This document shows, piece by piece, positions 54,874-64,000 of a stretch of DNA of 64,000 nucleotides. The notes under the pieces were generated by a model that saw only the letters and a list, made by a program, of their open reading frames with translations, was not told the origin of the DNA and did not search any database. This stretch comes from a virus. Its lineage: Duplodnaviria; Caudoviricetes. How positions within the stretch are numbered: the stretch's first letter is position 1; every line of letters begins with the position of its first letter. The stretch lies in the IMG/VR virus record IMGVR_UViG_3300020331_000002, one strand, 5' to 3'. Both the position numbers and the translations under genes were made by a program.

Positions 54874-56010
54874 TTAAGCTAAGCCAAGCATTGGGCCGTA
54901 CTCAGTAATAAATTTCGCAAAGTTCTTGTTTTGGGGCGGTACAATTTGTTCGCGGTTTGCCGCTGTCATGTACTTCGCTCTCCAGCGTCTGATTAGTGAA
55001 CTAACAGTAAAGAACGTCATTTCTGAAGTACAGAACTTTTCACAGAACTCGTATAAGTTGTCGAACATGACACTTGTGTTAGTGTTACCGATGCCCGTTT
55101 CCTTTTTGTCCTTGTCGTACTGCTCAATCATCTCAAGCACAGCACCGTAAGTCAAGCTATAAAACGCTGATTGCTTTTCGATTTTTAAGTTCTTGTCGTA
55201 GTTGCCTTCAAGGATTTGTCGCGGAGTCGGTAGCGAGCTAATATACTCCATGTGCACAACAAACTCGTTCGCAATACCGTCACCGACAGCACCGGCAACC
55301 ATCAAGTCAAGTGTTTCGTTGTCAGCTTCACCTTTTAGTAGGATGTCGCTAACCACTTCCCATGAACGCGGTGTTGCAAAGCTGTACGACTCGTTTTTAA
55401 GCGCTTCGTCAAATGTGTTCAAGTGGCTCTTACGGTGCATCAAGTAAGCAATAACCTCACGTGCCAAGCCGTTTTCGATTGCCCATTCTTGCCATTCTTC
55501 GAAGTTAACTTCAAGATTTACAAAGATAAAGCGGTTACGTAGCGGCATAGCCATGTCGAAAGTAGCGCCGCGATCTTCTGTTCTGTTACCGGCAGCAACA
55601 ATGTCAACACCCGGCGGAAGTTCGTAATCACCTAACTTGCGATCAAGTACTAGCTGATAAGCTGCCGACTGTACAAGAGGCGGTGCAGTGTTAAGCTCGT
55701 CAAGGAAAATAATAGCGTTCGCTAGTTTTTCGTTAGTAGGAAGCGTTGACGGCTCTGCCCATTCCATCTTTTTAGTTTCTGGGTCAAAGTAAGGTACACC
55801 ACGAATATCGGTGCTGTCAAACTGTGCCAAGCGCATGTCAATTACCGGACGGTTTGAGCGGTTTGCAATTTGTGCAATAATTTGAGATTTACCTACGCCA
55901 GGCTGTCCCATAATCATAATAGAACGCTTGATACGGAATGCTGTTTCAACGCACTTAACAAGTGATTTCGGCGTTGCTTTGCGTGCGGTGTCTATACTAT
56001 TCTCTGACAT
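54874..56010 (-). CDS. MoxR-like AAA+ ATPase
   Basis: GQPGVGKS, DIRGVP, IIFLDE, AAGNR, PLRNRF and ATPRSWE motifs. Confidence 0.88.
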   Translation of the reverse strand: MSENSIDTARKATPKSLVKCVETAFRIKRSIMIMGQPGVGKSQIIAQIANRSNRPVIDMRLAQFDSTDIRGVPYFDPETKKMEWAEPSTLPTNEKLANAIIFLDELNTAPPLVQSAAYQLVLDRKLGDYELPPGVDIVAAGNRTEDRGATFDMAMPLRNRFIFVNLEVNFEEWQEWAIENGLAREVIAYLMHRKSHLNTFDEALKNESYSFATPRSWEVVSDILLKGEADNETLDLMVAGAVGDGIANEFVVHMEYISSLPTPRQILEGNYDKNLKIEKQSAFYSLTYGAVLEMIEQYDKDKKETGIGNTNTSVMFDNLYEFCEKFCTSEMTFFTVSSLIRRWRAKYMTAANREQIVPPQNKNFAKFITEYGPMLGLA

Positions 56011-56052
56011 TTTCTAACCCTTTTTAATGTTGGTTTGTTTAAGACAGTACCT

Positions 56053-56080
56053 AGTATAGACATCCATATTTTTTTGTCAA
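56053..56080 (-). promoter_or_regulatory. Sigma70 promoter for the moxR-like gene
   Basis: TTGACA-N16-TATACT with an A-rich UP-like element. Confidence 0.7.
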
Positions 56081-56104
56081 CTAGTTTTTCTATTTTTTTA
56101 AAAA

Positions 56105-59100
56105 TTATTTTTTGTCGACACTCCCGTCTATATTGATTACGAACTGATCACTGTTAATTGGGTTGTCTATCTGCTTAAGTACACCCAAGTCGCCAGGTAT
56201 TGTTCTATCTACTCTCAATTCCCATACCTCTGTATCGAAGTTATAAACGTAAACTTGGTCAGTTTGCACTACATATACAGTGCCTTGGTCAAAAGCGCCT
56301 TCTAAATATATGTTGGACCAAGTACTCTTTGGCTGGCTGCGGTTCGCATATCCATAACTATGTGGCTCATTTCCTACCCATGCTAATTCCGGGTATTCTT
56401 CAGTGTTAACTTCTATTAGTGAGTTAGGATTATCCTTGGGATCACCGTTTGGATTGCCGCGCGTTGTTACCCACATACGTATAATAGGACCGTCACGTTC
56501 TATACGACAGCGCCTTGCACTGGGACGCCACTCGTTTATCCCGTTATGTGTAGCAGTATAAGTCGCTCTAATAGTAAGCGGCGCTTCTACCAAGTCATCA
56601 GGGTTTGCCGCATTTGATCGAGTATACACAAAAGCCCAACCGGTGGCCAAGCTCATGCCTCTATAGCCAGCGCCGTTTTGTGTATTAAATGCGAGTATGG
56701 CATGGTTAACTGAGCCTTCACGCTTAAAGGCAGCAATCATATCAATCTCGTCGTCATCGTTGTGGTCAGAAGAAAGAGTAGCCTCAAAAGTCAAGCTACT
56801 TGTTTTATCCGGACTAACAAAGCCAGTCAAGTTAGGGTGGTTCTCTGTTCCGATTATTTGCTCAAGCGATGCGTCATAATAATATGAGTCGGCGCCGTTA
56901 GCCGCAGCGGTGCCGCCAGGATAGAAGTGACCGTTAGAAAAACGGTCCCAATTGTTGAACACCTCAGCCGGAGTAGGCGCGTTGTAATCGCGCATGTACG
57001 CTTGAGCTTCAGATAATGTTTCGAACATAAGAGCTTGTTGAATAGGTAACACCGCTGCTGAAATTGTAACTATACCTTCATGATTGGAAGCCAACATCCT
57101 TTCTTCTAAGTTTGTTATAGCCACACGGAACTGTTCTTCTGTTTCGGTAACGTTGTCGCGCAACACACGAACGGATATATTCTTAACGCTGTCACCTTCA
57201 TTAAACGTTACTGACGCATTAGTCACATTGAAGTCCGGTTCAAGCACGGTGTTGTAGTTCTCAATCTCTGCTGTATTTGACAACCCAGCATGACTACCTG
57301 TCAACTGCTCTAGCCCGTCTATAATAGGGTTGCCACCGTATGTTGCTCGATAGTTGTCAAAGTTAGTAGCGACAAGTGAGCGGTGCACGCTGCCCTTAAA
57401 GTTAGCATAAAACCTACGAGCAAGGTTATTGGCGTTGGCAACGTACCCGGATGATCCTGTGTCATTCCCGTTAGACGTCACTATATACAGACCCACTTTA
57501 TCACGACGAACGGCACTTTCAATAGCATCACCTAGTAAACTAGATATGTTGCCAGGGTAATCCTGCGACAAGCTACTAACGAAAATAATTGCACCATAGT
57601 CAGTAAGCGTGGTTGAATCCACTTCACTAATATATTTGGTGTTCACTGTATAACCGGCTTCGTTTAACAAATTGCGCATAGCTTTGCCATATGACGTACC
57701 CGATGTAGAATCCTTTACACTCAGCGAGCTTTCATTATCACCAAGTATAAGTACGTTGGATTTGCCAGTGCCGTATGTTAGGAAATCCATAATATTCCTA
57801 AACATTTTGTATTCAACAGTGTTGTTCGAAGGACGGTTATCCCATGTATTGTTCCTGTACTTTTGCACAGACGGATCAAACACAACTTTAATATCGCTGA
57901 AGTCACAATACATTAACCCAGTTCTTCCCGAGGTGTCACTAAATGCTTCTAACGGGCGAGATTCTGTACTGTTAGACCTAGCCGTTTCATCTACGGTAGC
58001 GTAATTAACAGTTATATTACGTCCCTCGACAGGCTCACTCGCAATTATCTGCAAGTCAACGTCAATATACGCACTATCTTCTGGTTCCGACACAGTGGCT
58101 GATGTGATACGGAACTTAGGATAGTTAACAAGGTTTCGTATTGTTAAGGTTGCGTTGCCGTCAACTACTTCTCCGGTGTCATTATCTGTTACTGCTAAAT
58201 TAATAGTTACTTCAGTATCATCCGGCACATCAAAAGTAGTAAGAAGCGCGTTTAATAAGTGCGGGGCTGATATGCTGTAAAAACTATTGCCAGATACTTG
58301 GCTCCACTGGTAGCTAAAATTACCGCTGCCGCCCGTAATAACCGGCACCAATCCAAGACCTGCGTCTTGTTGATTCTCATCCACTGACATTGAGTTCATA
58401 CGCAGAGATAGCCGTCCGCGTGTGTCGATCACATTTATAGTCGACTCTGCTAGGTACTCTTCCCATGAATACAAATCAATAACGCGCACTTGCAACACCA
58501 GGGACTCATTCTGGTAAAATACAGGGTTGGTGCCTGCGTTCAATACGGCCGAGAGTTGGTCAGGATCTGTTATAGTAAGGTCCATGCCGGGCTCACTCGT
58601 ACTCAAAATCCTCCATGCATAGTTAAACGCTTCAGATCCACCAGTAACAGTAACCAAATTTGACAGGTTTAGCGACGAGCGGTGATCCATAGTTGCGCCT
58701 TCCAACGTAACTACGGCTTCTGATACCTCGTAACCGTCTTGTTCATCTAAGTGCGTAACAACCGTATACTCTGGCTTAGAGTCAGTCATGTCAATATTAG
58801 CCACACTATACGAGTGGTCAACATTTATTCTGAACTCGCCACCTATCGGTTGCGTCTCCGGGTCACTATGACATAACACTCTAAACGAAACAAAGTTAGC
58901 CTGGACTGCCGTCTGTAGCGCGTTCAGTTGTATACCAGGATCGCCCGGGCCAAATTTGGCTTGGACTTCAATGCGATTGGAGGTACCCGCGTCGTAATAT
59001 CCGCTTGGTAAACTATACTCGTATACAGTTTGATACTCGTTAGTCAGGTCATAAAATCCCAGTATATTACCTGTGCCCACGTTGTTCTCAGAAGACATGC

Positions 59101-59890
59101 CATACACAGTGAACTTGAGCGCGCCTACGTTATCAACTAGCGTTTGCCACTTTGCATTTTCTGCAGGGTCTCCCGGCGGTGCACCCTCAAGCGGATCAGT
59201 GTCGTAATAGCTAGGCGCATCGTATGAATTGGGTTCAGTATAAGTAGGCGTAACAATAATACTTGACCCGGCGTTAAAGAAATACCTAGCCAGATTATAC
59301 TCATCCCAGACGGCCTCGAACTCAAATTCCAAACTTTCAGACCATAACTTTGTACGAGTACTAGACGCGCCGAACCCATCAACTGTGGTTAGCAAGTTGC
59401 CGGGTTCTACAGTAAAGCGCTTCGCAGCAATATTCTCCAAGAGCGCAGTAAGCGGTGATGCGGTGCGCTGATCGTGGGCGTAAATCAGATCGCCTTGTTG
59501 TATATCAGCAGGGAACGAATCCGTGATTGTTTGCCTTTCAGTTTCACTCAAGTTAATGTGATTAACTAACTTACGAATTATACCTGCAAGTGTACCCCAC
59601 TCTTGCTGAAACTTGTACTTGTAGTCAGCAGTAGACCCTGTCGTTGTGCCTGACACGAGGTCTGAAATATCACTTACTTCGCCCGAGCCGTCACTCGCAT
59701 TTTCAGGAGCAATGACATCTGAACGACCGTAACCAAAGCCACCGTCGTTTATGCCTGTTTCGCCCAGGTGACGATCGTTGTAAAGTTCGTTAACAATAAA
59801 CGCAAAGCCGTTATAGTCTTCAGCATCTATCGATCCGCCTTCTACATAAGACGCCATTAATTCTAAAATGTTATTTTTTGTTGCTGCCAT
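56105..59890 (-). CDS. Large tail fibre-like protein with Ig-like/Calx-beta repeats
   Basis: 1261 aa; RYFFNAG anchor-like region, GGS..[FY].Y.W repeats, Calx-beta-like VNYATVDETA and ETEEQFRVAI. Confidence 0.65.
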   Translation of the reverse strand: MAATKNNILELMASYVEGGSIDAEDYNGFAFIVNELYNDRHLGETGINDGGFGYGRSDVIAPENASDGSGEVSDISDLVSGTTTGSTADYKYKFQQEWGTLAGIIRKLVNHINLSETERQTITDSFPADIQQGDLIYAHDQRTASPLTALLENIAAKRFTVEPGNLLTTVDGFGASSTRTKLWSESLEFEFEAVWDEYNLARYFFNAGSSIIVTPTYTEPNSYDAPSYYDTDPLEGAPPGDPAENAKWQTLVDNVGALKFTVYGMSSENNVGTGNILGFYDLTNEYQTVYEYSLPSGYYDAGTSNRIEVQAKFGPGDPGIQLNALQTAVQANFVSFRVLCHSDPETQPIGGEFRINVDHSYSVANIDMTDSKPEYTVVTHLDEQDGYEVSEAVVTLEGATMDHRSSLNLSNLVTVTGGSEAFNYAWRILSTSEPGMDLTITDPDQLSAVLNAGTNPVFYQNESLVLQVRVIDLYSWEEYLAESTINVIDTRGRLSLRMNSMSVDENQQDAGLGLVPVITGGSGNFSYQWSQVSGNSFYSISAPHLLNALLTTFDVPDDTEVTINLAVTDNDTGEVVDGNATLTIRNLVNYPKFRITSATVSEPEDSAYIDVDLQIIASEPVEGRNITVNYATVDETARSNSTESRPLEAFSDTSGRTGLMYCDFSDIKVVFDPSVQKYRNNTWDNRPSNNTVEYKMFRNIMDFLTYGTGKSNVLILGDNESSLSVKDSTSGTSYGKAMRNLLNEAGYTVNTKYISEVDSTTLTDYGAIIFVSSLSQDYPGNISSLLGDAIESAVRRDKVGLYIVTSNGNDTGSSGYVANANNLARRFYANFKGSVHRSLVATNFDNYRATYGGNPIIDGLEQLTGSHAGLSNTAEIENYNTVLEPDFNVTNASVTFNEGDSVKNISVRVLRDNVTETEEQFRVAITNLEERMLASNHEGIVTISAAVLPIQQALMFETLSEAQAYMRDYNAPTPAEVFNNWDRFSNGHFYPGGTAAANGADSYYYDASLEQIIGTENHPNLTGFVSPDKTSSLTFEATLSSDHNDDDEIDMIAAFKREGSVNHAILAFNTQNGAGYRGMSLATGWAFVYTRSNAANPDDLVEAPLTIRATYTATHNGINEWRPSARRCRIERDGPIIRMWVTTRGNPNGDPKDNPNSLIEVNTEEYPELAWVGNEPHSYGYANRSQPKSTWSNIYLEGAFDQGTVYVVQTDQVYVYNFDTEVWELRVDRTIPGDLGVLKQIDNPINSDQFVINIDGSVDKK

Positions 59891-62800
59891 TATGACCTTT
59901 CACTTATTGTTCTTGTAGACACTGCTCGTATTTCATAATACTCGGTACCGCTTACCACCACAGCCAGAGTGTCTGCAACTGAATCCCATTCGATAAATAT
60001 ACCTGCGCTCGGCGCAGTGTGCGGGTTACCCTTAGACGACATGGTATAGCCGTTGGGTGCTACCATGTAATATTTATTACCAGTGGCGTTCGCATTAGTG
60101 AGCACATTAGTAAACAAGTCACGATAATTACTTGGCAAATAAAAGTAACCAAAAGTTAAAAACTCTGCATTTTCTAGTGTTGTGCCTCCGTGTGAGTTTG
60201 TTCCTCTACACTGTGCCCATACACATATTTCTATGTCATTTGTTGCGCTTGCTACTGATGCAGGCAAGTCGTACTCAACATTTACCTTATTCCATGTATC
60301 GACTGATGTCGATTGCAATAGTAAGGCAGAGTAGTCAACCGGCGCGTAAGACCTTTCCATAACACTAACAATATTAGGCAGCGGTGTGCCGGTATTATCC
60401 AATAGCTCACATAACCTAACAGTGCCATCAAACGTAAGTACCAAACGATACGTTGGCGAGCACTCAATAACCGCGACATAATTGTCAGTGCTGCGCACGT
60501 CATAAGCAGTCATACCGCTTGAGCTGAATATATTGTCGTCTAAAACAAAGTGATACTGTGTGGATAAAATATCAGTATTGCCGAGCGCACTCGTGTCAAC
60601 TGTTATTACATACTCTTTACCCGAGTCCCAATTAAATGAGCTTACATTAGGCGCGACAACTTCTGTCCAAATCTGGTTGGGTGCAGTGCCTGCAGGTGCT
60701 GTATTACCTGCGTTATCGTAATAAACAGGCCTTTCGTTCAGTTCTAGTATCTGTGACCCGGTGCTAATATCAGGAATAGTTTTAAATTTAGACCTATTTG
60801 TCTTCCAGTCAGTGTCAGTATCTCTATTAGACGATCCCCTAAATATAGCCGATATGCCAACCGACTGGCTGCGTGACGAGCCACCTATCACTATTTCGCT
60901 TGCATGCGTTGCTGACGAATTAAACGGCTGTAATACTTCATAAGCAGGGACTATTCTGTTCGAAACTAAACTTACCAAATCAGTATTCGATGCGCCTCTA
61001 TCAGTTACACTTAATAAGGCATATTCGTGGATGCCGCCTCTAAATGTATTGTGATTCACTGCGAAACCATCTTGCTCTTGATAAGGTTGTGTACGTTCAG
61101 TTTTTGGCTCAACCCAAATAGTAGCAGGATAGTCGCCATTGTCGATTGTGCTCAAGCCAGATCCACTGTAATAGTTTACCCAACTAAAGTTAGCGTTTTC
61201 AATCGTTACCGTAGCACTGAAGTTAGCTGAACGACTCGCAGTAGTATCGGTAACCGTTACATCAACAGTAATTGTCTGCGATACACCAAGATCAGGAATA
61301 GTTAACGTTGGGTTAGCTGCGGCTGGATCATCAATTGTAATGCCTTGATTACTAGGATTAAATGACCAAGCGTAGGTGTAATCACCGGATCCACCAGCTA
61401 AATTATCAATTGACATCACGGTAGTGTCATCATCATTGACAGATTTGTCGTTTAGTGTACCAGTAATCTGTGGCCAATTGTATTTGACATCGAAAATAAT
61501 CTCATTACTAGACTGCACTGTGCCTTCGTCGTCAGTTACCACTAATGTTAGTGTTTTAGACTGCGGTGTACTGTCACCGTCTATAGCACCGGTAAACGTC
61601 AAATCAGTCCCGTTAACATTTACGTCAGCCGGGGTAGTCCATGCGTACGAGTAAGGCGAGTAACCACCGCTGATTGATATTAGCGAACTCAAATTATACG
61701 TTGCATCATGTAACATAGTAAACGAAGGCGATGCGTTATTACCATTACCTAGCGTAACAGATAACGGTGTTGTTTGATCACTAACTGTAATCTCGGATAC
61801 AACTTGCTCTACTTCGCCGGTATTATCGTCTGTCACGGTTACGCGTACCGGTAGCACAAACGTATAGTCAACATAGTCGACATCAATTACCGGTGTGCTA
61901 CCGGAGTCGGACACGTTATACACGTCAATAAAACGAGCAGTGTTGCCTGCTGAATCAAGTACCGGTGCATTTTTATCGTATGCCCAGCTTACACTGTAAG
62001 AACCAGAACCGCCGGTCACCCCTAAATAATCACCAAGAGTTATTGCTGATTTTTCAGTCATGTTGTTAGCGGTAAACACCACTTCAAGAGGCGGCACATT
62101 GTTGTTTATTGTTATTGTGCTTGTCGCGGTTGCCACTTCGCCGGGCTCAGCCAAGTCAGTCACTGTGATTTGGTAATCAACTGTCTGAGGCTCGGTGCCG
62201 CCAATATAGTTACTTGTGTAAACTGACCCTACAAGATTGCCGTATCCCGGCGTTAGAATTTCATAAACCACGTCTAACGGTCCGTGCCCGCCCGAATATG
62301 ATACAACTGTACTCAAGTCAACGCTCTGTGTCTCGTCAACTGAAATAGTACCCGCACTCGCAGTAACGGGCGGCGTTAAATCATACACGTTCACGGTGGC
62401 TGTATCGGTAACAGTTGTGCCGTCACCTGTATCGGTTACTTCGACAATAAGAGTAAACGCCTTGTCGCCTATGGCTTCTGTTACTTGGATTTGCGGTGCT
62501 TCTATATCACTAGCAGTTATGAACGAGTACAAGGAGTTATTGTCAGGGAATACGGACCACTCATAAGTGAAAGGACCTATACCGCCAGTAAGGTTCAGTT
62601 TGCCTGCCATGTCAAGCACCGTATTTTCATCCACATCGTACGAGTCTTGATTTAAACTCGCACTGAATGGCGCAGTTGTATCTTTAACAAGAACTACTCC
62701 GTAGCCCGTTACTTGTTCATTTAAGATGGTATCAGTAACAGTAAGGGTCATTTGAACTGCGCGATCACTGTTCACGTTGGATGCGGTGAGTTGCGCGTTA

Positions 62801-64000
62801 AGGCTGGCACTGTCGTCTATTGTCAGGAAACTAGCAGAGTATGACCAACTGTACGCATAAGAACCGGAGCCACCAGTTAAGGTAACAAGACTCCCCAAGT
62901 TGTAACTTGTACCTTCATCTATTGTCACATCGTCGACTGATAAATCCATTTCCGGCGTAGTATCAGTGACCGACAACGTAACAGTGAAATCGTAATTTTG
63001 GCGCGTTACTGTATCATAGACGTTGAGATTAAAATCAACATCGTATGCGAAATAATAACTACCGTTGTATGTCGGGGTAAACAAGGCGCGTAATTTGTCG
63101 GCGTCAGTTAACGTATAGCCTGCAGGAAGTACACTAGGCGGTGACGGAATTGACCAAATGAACTCAAAGTCGCCAGAGCCGCCTAGTACAGAAACTACCG
63201 TTGACATATCAACGTCAACATCATCCTCAGTTATTGATAGTACTTGCTGCGACACCTGCACCGGCTGATATACCACTGCGTCTACCGAATCTAGACCGGT
63301 AACAATAATAGACGAAGGTAGTAATGGTCTAAATTCATCATTAGCATACACCAAGTCAATATTCACGTACAACTCAGTACCAACCGGATTGCCCGAAATG
63401 TCTAAGTACCTCACACGGATGTATATATCCTTGTCAACTCTACGTAGTTGCACATTTACTGAGTTCCCGTCAGCGTCTTCCAAACGATATATTGTGCTGA
63501 ACGTACTACTTAGCGAGTAAAACCCGATGTTATCGACAGGCTGTTCACTATTAGACAATGTTGTGTTATTAAAGTCAACTACTATTTCAGGGAAGTCAGG
63601 CAATAATGATTCCCAGGCCGCGTTGCTTGTTGGGTTACCTGTACTACCGGGCGCAAAGTCTGCGTTAATCTTTATCTTGCCACCAGTGTTAAAGAAGTAA
63701 CGCATATCCTTATAACTATTGAACACTAATCGTGACTCATGTTGGACTGCACTTTCCCAGAGCTCTGTTCTCGAAGATGCGCCGTATACGCCTCCAGAGC
63801 TGCTAGAAACTCTATTAACGGCAACGTTAAACCTATTGTCGCTAATTTGATCTAGAGCATCTGTGATCTTCTTCGGGTCACTTACGAATGCACTAATAAT
63901 GTCGTTTACTGCCGGATTATTGTCATCAGTTAACACATCATCAACTGAAATATCATCTTCCAACACTGTGCCTTGATGTGCCGCAATACGATTAATATTG
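59890..64000 (-). CDS. Very large tail fibre-like protein with ~6-7 Ig-like repeats (5' partial)
   Basis: Frame stays open from GTG 63966 to the window edge (NINRIAAHQGT); RYFFNTGG region paralogous to 56105..59890; repeated GG[SYI]G.Y.Y.W units. Confidence 0.7.
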   Translation of the reverse strand, partial: NINRIAAHQGTVLEDDISVDDVLTDDNNPAVNDIISAFVSDPKKITDALDQISDNRFNVAVNRVSSSSGGVYGASSRTELWESAVQHESRLVFNSYKDMRYFFNTGGKIKINADFAPGSTGNPTSNAAWESLLPDFPEIVVDFNNTTLSNSEQPVDNIGFYSLSSTFSTIYRLEDADGNSVNVQLRRVDKDIYIRVRYLDISGNPVGTELYVNIDLVYANDEFRPLLPSSIIVTGLDSVDAVVYQPVQVSQQVLSITEDDVDVDMSTVVSVLGGSGDFEFIWSIPSPPSVLPAGYTLTDADKLRALFTPTYNGSYYFAYDVDFNLNVYDTVTRQNYDFTVTLSVTDTTPEMDLSVDDVTIDEGTSYNLGSLVTLTGGSGSYAYSWSYSASFLTIDDSASLNAQLTASNVNSDRAVQMTLTVTDTILNEQVTGYGVVLVKDTTAPFSASLNQDSYDVDENTVLDMAGKLNLTGGIGPFTYEWSVFPDNNSLYSFITASDIEAPQIQVTEAIGDKAFTLIVEVTDTGDGTTVTDTATVNVYDLTPPVTASAGTISVDETQSVDLSTVVSYSGGHGPLDVVYEILTPGYGNLVGSVYTSNYIGGTEPQTVDYQITVTDLAEPGEVATATSTITINNNVPPLEVVFTANNMTEKSAITLGDYLGVTGGSGSYSVSWAYDKNAPVLDSAGNTARFIDVYNVSDSGSTPVIDVDYVDYTFVLPVRVTVTDDNTGEVEQVVSEITVSDQTTPLSVTLGNGNNASPSFTMLHDATYNLSSLISISGGYSPYSYAWTTPADVNVNGTDLTFTGAIDGDSTPQSKTLTLVVTDDEGTVQSSNEIIFDVKYNWPQITGTLNDKSVNDDDTTVMSIDNLAGGSGDYTYAWSFNPSNQGITIDDPAAANPTLTIPDLGVSQTITVDVTVTDTTASRSANFSATVTIENANFSWVNYYSGSGLSTIDNGDYPATIWVEPKTERTQPYQEQDGFAVNHNTFRGGIHEYALLSVTDRGASNTDLVSLVSNRIVPAYEVLQPFNSSATHASEIVIGGSSRSQSVGISAIFRGSSNRDTDTDWKTNRSKFKTIPDISTGSQILELNERPVYYDNAGNTAPAGTAPNQIWTEVVAPNVSSFNWDSGKEYVITVDTSALGNTDILSTQYHFVLDDNIFSSSGMTAYDVRSTDNYVAVIECSPTYRLVLTFDGTVRLCELLDNTGTPLPNIVSVMERSYAPVDYSALLLQSTSVDTWNKVNVEYDLPASVASATNDIEICVWAQCRGTNSHGGTTLENAEFLTFGYFYLPSNYRDLFTNVLTNANATGNKYYMVAPNGYTMSSKGNPHTAPSAGIFIEWDSVADTLAVVVSGTEYYEIRAVSTRTISERS

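Noticed and set aside
221-61654. Numerous short plus-strand and alternate-frame ORFs in the track (e.g. 3129..3710, 8950..9612, 30631..30936, 48174..48740)
   Set aside because: Antisense or frame shadows of long coupled genes, lacking RBS or motifs
1-64000. Stop-codon recoding (TAG/TGA), as found in some jumbo phages
   Set aside because: Standard code 11 already gives near-complete coding with intact conserved genes; TAA, TGA and TAG all serve as stops at coupled junctions
1-64000. tRNA, rRNA, CRISPR array, IS element or integrase
   Set aside because: Intergenic gaps are short and accounted for by promoters and terminators; no cloverleaf, spaced repeats or recombinase/transposase motifs were seen by eye

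Overview
This is a 64-kb segment of a large lytic dsDNA phage (jumbo-type). Spanins, ClpA and sigma70 promoters point to a Gram-negative host. It is densely coded under standard code 11 and almost entirely on the minus strand. Layout: (1) 1-13.3 kb, a virion/tail-appendage operon, including four tandem genes that share only a ~50-aa N-terminal module and three domain-swapped fibre proteins. (2) 13.3-26.3 kb, sixteen back-to-back 218-314-aa genes of unknown function that differ in sequence but mostly end in a shared C-terminal motif (~ExxxxxRL[QN]YG); a 17th copy lies at 46.3-47.1 kb. (3) 26-46 kb, lytic transglycosylase, Macro domain, cyclic-phosphate receiver-like protein, ClpA, spanins, PhoH, HAD nucleotidase, clamp loader, GroES-like protein, dCMP deaminase, a stand-alone DnaE fragment, MazG, ClpP, DEDD exonuclease and ClpS. 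(4) 47.2-49.8 kb, an inverted glycosyltransferase-like/methyltransferase-like/GNAT operon. (5) 51-56 kb, MoxR AAA+, a second AAA+ and a VWA-metallopeptidase. (6) 56-64 kb, two giant Ig-repeat tail fibre-like genes. Intergenic DNA shows two promoter classes (sigma70 and a TAAATA motif) and several intrinsic terminators. No tRNA, rRNA, CRISPR array or mobile element was seen. All product calls come from motif recognition by eye; no database search was run. Best candidates for an undescribed system are the C-terminal-motif gene array (possibly adaptors or cargo for the phage ClpAPS or MoxR/VWA machines) and the N-terminal-module receptor-binding cassette.
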